Positions 55,711-64,000 of a stretch of DNA of 64,000 nt are shown here, piece by piece; the first letter of the stretch is position 1; each line of letters opens with the position of its first letter. The stretch is from the NCBI GenBank assembly GCA_964016885.1, contig OZ024754.1, forward strand, positions 23,560,001 to 23,624,000, in the 5' to 3' direction. A program made the translations under genes and the position numbers. The notes under the pieces are model-generated. The model was given only the letters and a program-made list of their open reading frames with translations. It was not told the DNA's origin and searched no databases. Source of the DNA: Eledone cirrhosa (lineage: Eukaryota).

Positions 55711-55956
55711 GTATGTATGTATATATGTATGTATCGTATGTATGTATGTATCGTATGTATGTATGCATTTATGTATGTATGTATGTATATACTTAGGAGA
55801 CGAAGCAAGTCAAGTGGAACAGACATAACTCAGATAGCCACAGCATACACTTTCATGAACAATCTCCAATCTATCTTCTGAATTTGGATGCAATAGTATC
55901 TACATACTTGGTCTTGTTTTCCTTATCCACCAGTACTTTCCACTTTATCCTGTATA

Positions 55957-57500
55957 TCACCCTAGACCTGCCAGTTTGTGGGCTTCTTTGGCTTTAGGTA
56001 GTCTTATGTTGCAGATAACTAGACGATGATCAGTTGGCAGCTCAGCCCCTCTCTTAACACAAACAACCATCACAGAATCAAAGAGATCAGAGACAATTAT
56101 AAAATCAATTATTGATTTCTGTCTCCGATTGAAATTATACCATGCGTATTTATGGTGGTGCATCTTCGCAAGGTGCAGAGAATATTTTGCTGAGCTCCTA
56201 AACCCGATTACAACAGCATCTTCAGATATACACGAGGTTCATCTGGGAGTGGTGACTAATCTCTTGGAGGCTGAGGTCGCAAGAGCAGTGAAAGAGCTCA
56301 AATGTGGCAAGGCCGCGAAAGATGAATCTGGCCCGAGATGTTAAAAGCCTTAAACAGAGAAGGTATTCTCTGGCCGACTCATGTGTGCTGGTTGGCCTGG
56401 ATCTTTGGAAAGGCACCTAAGCAACGGCAATCGGGAATGATAATCCCAATTTTCAAAAAGGGAGACAAGAGAGATTGTTACAATTACAGAGGGATCTCCT
56501 TGTTAAGCCTCCCCAGTAAAGACTGGCAAAGAGATGCAGGGAGATTGTCAAGTCGAAGCTAGCTGATTAACAATGGAGTTTTCTCCCCAGATGCAGCACA
56601 GCTGACCAAATATTCACACTGTGGCAGGTATTTGAGAAATCTTGGGAGTATTGCCAAGAAGTATATTTTTGTTTTATTGACATTGAGAAGATATATGACT
56701 GTGTTTCTCGGGACCTGCTGTGGAAGGTTCTTCAGGAGTATGGGGTCAATGGTTAGCTTCTTGCTGTCTTTGTGTTCAGATAAATGGTGCTAAAACAAAA
56801 CCATTTAATGTGGGAATCAGTCTCCGCCAAGGGTGCATATTGTCACCTCTCCTGTTCATTATTTACATGAGCAGGATTGACATGCACAGCCAGGTTAGAA
56901 GTGGTATCACGACTGGCGAGTGTGAAATCAGTTGGCTGGAATTTGCAGACGGCATTGTGTTACTTTACTTAACAGAAGTTGATCTGTGATTTACATTCGA
57001 TAGATTTGATGCTGACTGCTGCATGGCTGGAATGAAAATCAATGTAGCAAAAACTGAGACACTCATCCTCTCAAGGAAGCCTGCGCAGTGTACTCTACAA
57101 GTAAATGGAGTTCCACTGAAGTAAGTAGAGAAGTTCAAGTATCTAGGATACTGACCTGAGGCTAAACAACAAGAAGGAAAGACACATTAGATAATGTAGT
57201 CCTAGATACACTGTGTCTGAATAAAAGACAGGATGGTCACAGCTGGAACATCTTTGATCCTATCATAGGTCTACTGGATGAGGACTGACCTAGGTGATGG
57301 AAGGCAGGAGGCTGAATTAAGAGCGAGAATTGCAGGAGCTGGTGCAGCAATGTGACAGCTTCAGCCTTCAGTAACTAGAAGAAGGGAGGTAGGTGTAAAA
57401 ACCAAACTCGCTGTCTTCAATTCAGTATTCGTGGCAACCCTTAACTTTGGTCATGAATCTTGGATAATGACCGAAAGAATACAATCACAAATACAAGGGT
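55957..57500 (+). mobile_element. Decayed RTE-like LINE (inverted EN piece 55957-56130, RT 56170-57500)
   Basis: SIIDFIIVS..TDHRLV; IIPIFKKGDKRDCYNYRGISLLS; LRQGCILSPLLF; FADG. Confidence 0.85.
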
Positions 57501-57625
57501 GTGGAAGAAGAAATAAGAAAAACAGATCCTTAAATATATATTCCGTGCTATTTCCAATTCCACCTTTTCTGTATAATCCCTGTTTTGTATAGCACTTACT
57601 CCCTTTTCAAATATATATATATATA

Positions 57626-57852
57626 TAACGAAGGAAATGTGGTAATGAACCAGTTGGACCCTAATGAACCAGAGTACTCGATACTTTGGGTAGTAGAGTG
57701 GATAATAGGAAAAGAGTCAGGACCCCGACAGCGGAGCCCAAGCCGTTTCGACGGCTATTTCAGTCCAGAAACTACCCACTCTACTACCCTAAGTATTGAG
57801 TACTCTGGTGCGTTATGGTCCACCTGGTTCCTTACCACACTTCCTTGGTTAT
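57626..57852. mobile_element. Family E element, fold-back with deletion
   Basis: The minus copy runs to the helix-II loop (~57765), then the plus copy resumes at 57773. Confidence 0.75.
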
Positions 57853-58039
57853 ATATATATATATATATTATTGCAAGGTATCTATATTCAAGGTTCTTGT
57901 TAATTATTAATATGTTACCTCCGTAACTATGCGTGTTTACACTCTTTATAAATTATCCCTGTAATTGTTTGATGTGTTTATTTTATATATACATATATAT
58001 GTCCATTAACGTTTAATTTCATATATATATATATATATT

Positions 58040-58560
58040 AGATGGACGTTATGGAGTAGGCAGACCCAGAAAAACCTGGGACGATTTGATAAATTACTAC
58101 CTTATACACTTACACCTCTCCAAGACAATGTCACTGGACCGAGATCTTTGGCGCTACGCAGTAATACAGAAGTCCCGCCTTGCCTAAGTACAAACCGAAA
58201 CCTACAGTCAGTAGGCACCTCCTAACCAAAAATACACTCCCATCCCACTACCCCTACCCCCACCCCTTTCTCTGTAAAGTTATGTTGCTACCACAACATC
58301 CAGTCCTAAATAAAAGAGGTCATGTAGGTGTCACGACAAAAAAATACACAGTCCACGCTGTAATGTGGCCGTGTAGGTAACACGGTAAAAACCTCCGAGT
58401 CCACACTGTTGGTGTTAGGAAGGGCATCCAGCCGTAGAAAACCTGCCAGACAGTCCTATACGAGCAAGACAACCAATCTTGCCTTACGTGGGACAATTCC
58501 TGTCTAAACCCACGGTAGCGTTGAAGATAGACGTTAAACGATATTGATGATGATGATGAT
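58040..58560 (+). mobile_element. RTE-associated non-autonomous repeat
   Basis: Matches the reverse complement of 20440-21003. Confidence 0.8.
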
Positions 58561-58583
58561 ACATATACATATATATATAATGT

Positions 58584-58702
58584 GAAGGCGCGTGGCTGAG
58601 TGCTTAGAGAATTAGATTCGCAATCGTGAGGTTGTGAATTCCATTCCTGGACCGGGTGATGCGTTATGTCCTTGAGAAAGACACTTTATTTCCCGTTGCT
58701 CC
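58584..58702 (+). mobile_element. Second tRNA-derived SINE family, 5' part
   Basis: ggcgcgTGGCTGAGTG A box, degenerate B box, then gtccttgagaaagacact. Confidence 0.65.
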
Positions 58703-59064
58703 TTCTACCTGGAGTTGCGACCGATAGATAGTATTAGCAATTGGAAAGACCAATGGAAACATTGTTTCCTCGGTCCAATTTGATGAAAGTCGATCGACTG
58801 ACGACGATATATACACAGAGACAACCGCTGTAACATACTTAATCGTAGGTGTAGTGGAACACGCCTGACCTGGGGCTAAACAACAACGAGAAACCGACAA
58901 TGAGGGGCCGCTATAATCCCTGAAGATGTTTCTAAAAGCAGCCATGATGTAATGTAGAGGAAACTGGGAGGGGTGGGGGTGCTCTGAACAACATTTCCTA
59001 CTGTCAAGGGGAAATAACTCTTGTAATACGTTTTGTGTGTACGGTGCATCTTTGTATTATTATT

Positions 59065-59183
59065 TGGCAGAGTTGGTAGAGGGTTGGACGACATGCTTTC
59101 CAGGATAGTTACGTTCCTTTACGGTCTGAGTTCAAATCCCGCCAAGGTTAACTTTGCCTTTCATCCTTACGGGGGTCAACAAA
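59065..59183 (+). mobile_element. CORE-like SINE, 3'-truncated
   Basis: Same family as 18132. Confidence 0.75.
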
Positions 59184-60202
59184 ACAGGAAGTCAATTCAG
59201 TGTGGAACTTATTAACTTACTAATGAAGCAAGTCTGTCAATAATGACAGCAATAGTGTTGAATATATTTAATGTTTGGAGTCTAGGTTTGTTATGTTATA
59301 TATATACCAGGATTACCAGAACTACTGGGAAACCTGTGTTTTGATGAATTGATGGTGTAAGAGAAACCCTATAGTTTATGTTGATTAAAATGGAAGTAAG
59401 AATGATATTTTAATGATTTAGTTCTAGGATATAATTACATAAATGTTTAACATTTGATATAGAGGATTAAATGTATGAGTAACTTTGGAGAAATAATTAT
59501 TTCCAGGGACTAATGTAGGGGGGCTAGAACCCAGGACCTTGTGATAGGAAAGTTAACTTCTTATTGTAGCAACAGGGCAGATAGGAAATACACTGTGTAT
59601 ATGTGTGTATATATGATTGTGTGTATAAATTATAGTTACAAACAATTATATATATATATATATCATCATCATCATCATCACCGTTTTACGTCCGTTCTTC
59701 CACGTTAGCATGGGTTAGACGGGTTGTCCTGTTGTGGGCTGCTCATACGGGAACTGATTCTGGCTTGATTTCTAAAGCTGGATGCCCTTCCTGACACCAA
59801 CCTCATTTACAGTGAGTGCTGGTTTCTTTTTTTCCGTGGCGCCTACACGCCCATATTACAGTGTGGGCTGGGTGCTTTTTTGCCAAGGCACCTCCAGAAC
59901 CCCTTTGCAGTGGGAGGGTGTGGGGGCATATTGTTTATATGCTTCAGCTTCGGCTTGTACCCGTGGGGGATTGGGTCTTCTTTATTACTATGTGATGCCA
60001 GCAGTCACGGTCGTGTGTCATCCATAGCCTTTGAGAGGTGTAATTGGGTAAGGTCAGCTTTTATCACCTCATCCCAGTTATATATATATACATATACATA
60101 TATATGTATGTATATATATATATATGTTAACCTGATATATTCCTTCCATAGACTGTACCGATTGTGTTGTTATGTTTACTTTTTATATACATACATATAT
60201 AC

Positions 60203-60238
<36 letters not shown>

Positions 60239-60680
60239 AATGAAGTAATTCCATCGGAAAAGTCCAGGAAAAAAGAGTGCTCTATGTAGGCAACAGAGCT
60301 TAATTATTATTATTATGTAATAAACAACATAAGGCAATTATTCCATTTACCAGTGGTTTCTTAAAAGCAAAAGGTTTTGCTTTCAATCCTCAGAATGAAA
60401 AAATCCTGGTTTGTTTATTGAATTTGGATTTTAAAAAAACAAAAATGCAATCTATATGAAAGTGAGGCTGGAGAAGGGAGAAGGAAAGGAAAAATAAAAT
60501 AAAATAAAACTACACATGCAAACACACACACAAAAAAACACAAAAGCATACTTACACACACATACATATATACATATATATATGTACGCATACATATATA
60601 CATATACACATATATATAAAAAACGTACACTTACATACACATACACATATATACACACATATACACATACATACATTCAT

Positions 60681-60744
<64 letters not shown>

Positions 60745-60759
60745 ACACACATATATATA

Positions 60760-60803
<44 letters not shown>

Positions 60804-60819
60804 CACACATACACATACA

Positions 60820-64000
<3,181 letters not shown>

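Noticed and set aside
58890-58945. CTGAAGA motif as a hammerhead
   Set aside because: No properly placed GAAA, helix III or helix I.

Overview
Eukaryotic, extremely repeat-dense DNA. The dense (TA)n/(CA)n/(TATG)n tracts, CORE-like tRNA SINEs and RTE LINEs point to a coleoid cephalopod, most likely Octopus (inference). Most ORFs in the track are microsatellite artefacts. Real content: (i) at least four families of Penelope-like elements (PLEs; RT + C-terminal GIY-YIG) with pseudo-LTRs and inverted copies; (ii) a 7.6-kb Helitron (41807-49388, minus) with a 1286-aa Rep/helicase ORF, an internal duplication and a 5' fold-back, plus two decayed Helitrons; (iii) several RTE-clade LINE fragments and an R4/Dong-like fragment; (iv) SINEs; (v) a few duplicated candidate host exons, one resembling the AFG3L2 N-terminus. 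The layer the ORF track misses is RNA: about 17 intact or near-intact type-I hammerhead ribozyme (HHR) motifs, found by eye. These include core variants conserved across copies, a 210-nt tandem retrozyme-like unit, and a recurring class of palindromes whose turn-around point is hammerhead helix II. One HHR is split by the Helitron 1 nt from its predicted cleavage site, and there is a candidate HDV-like ribozyme. All calls are manual and no database search was run.
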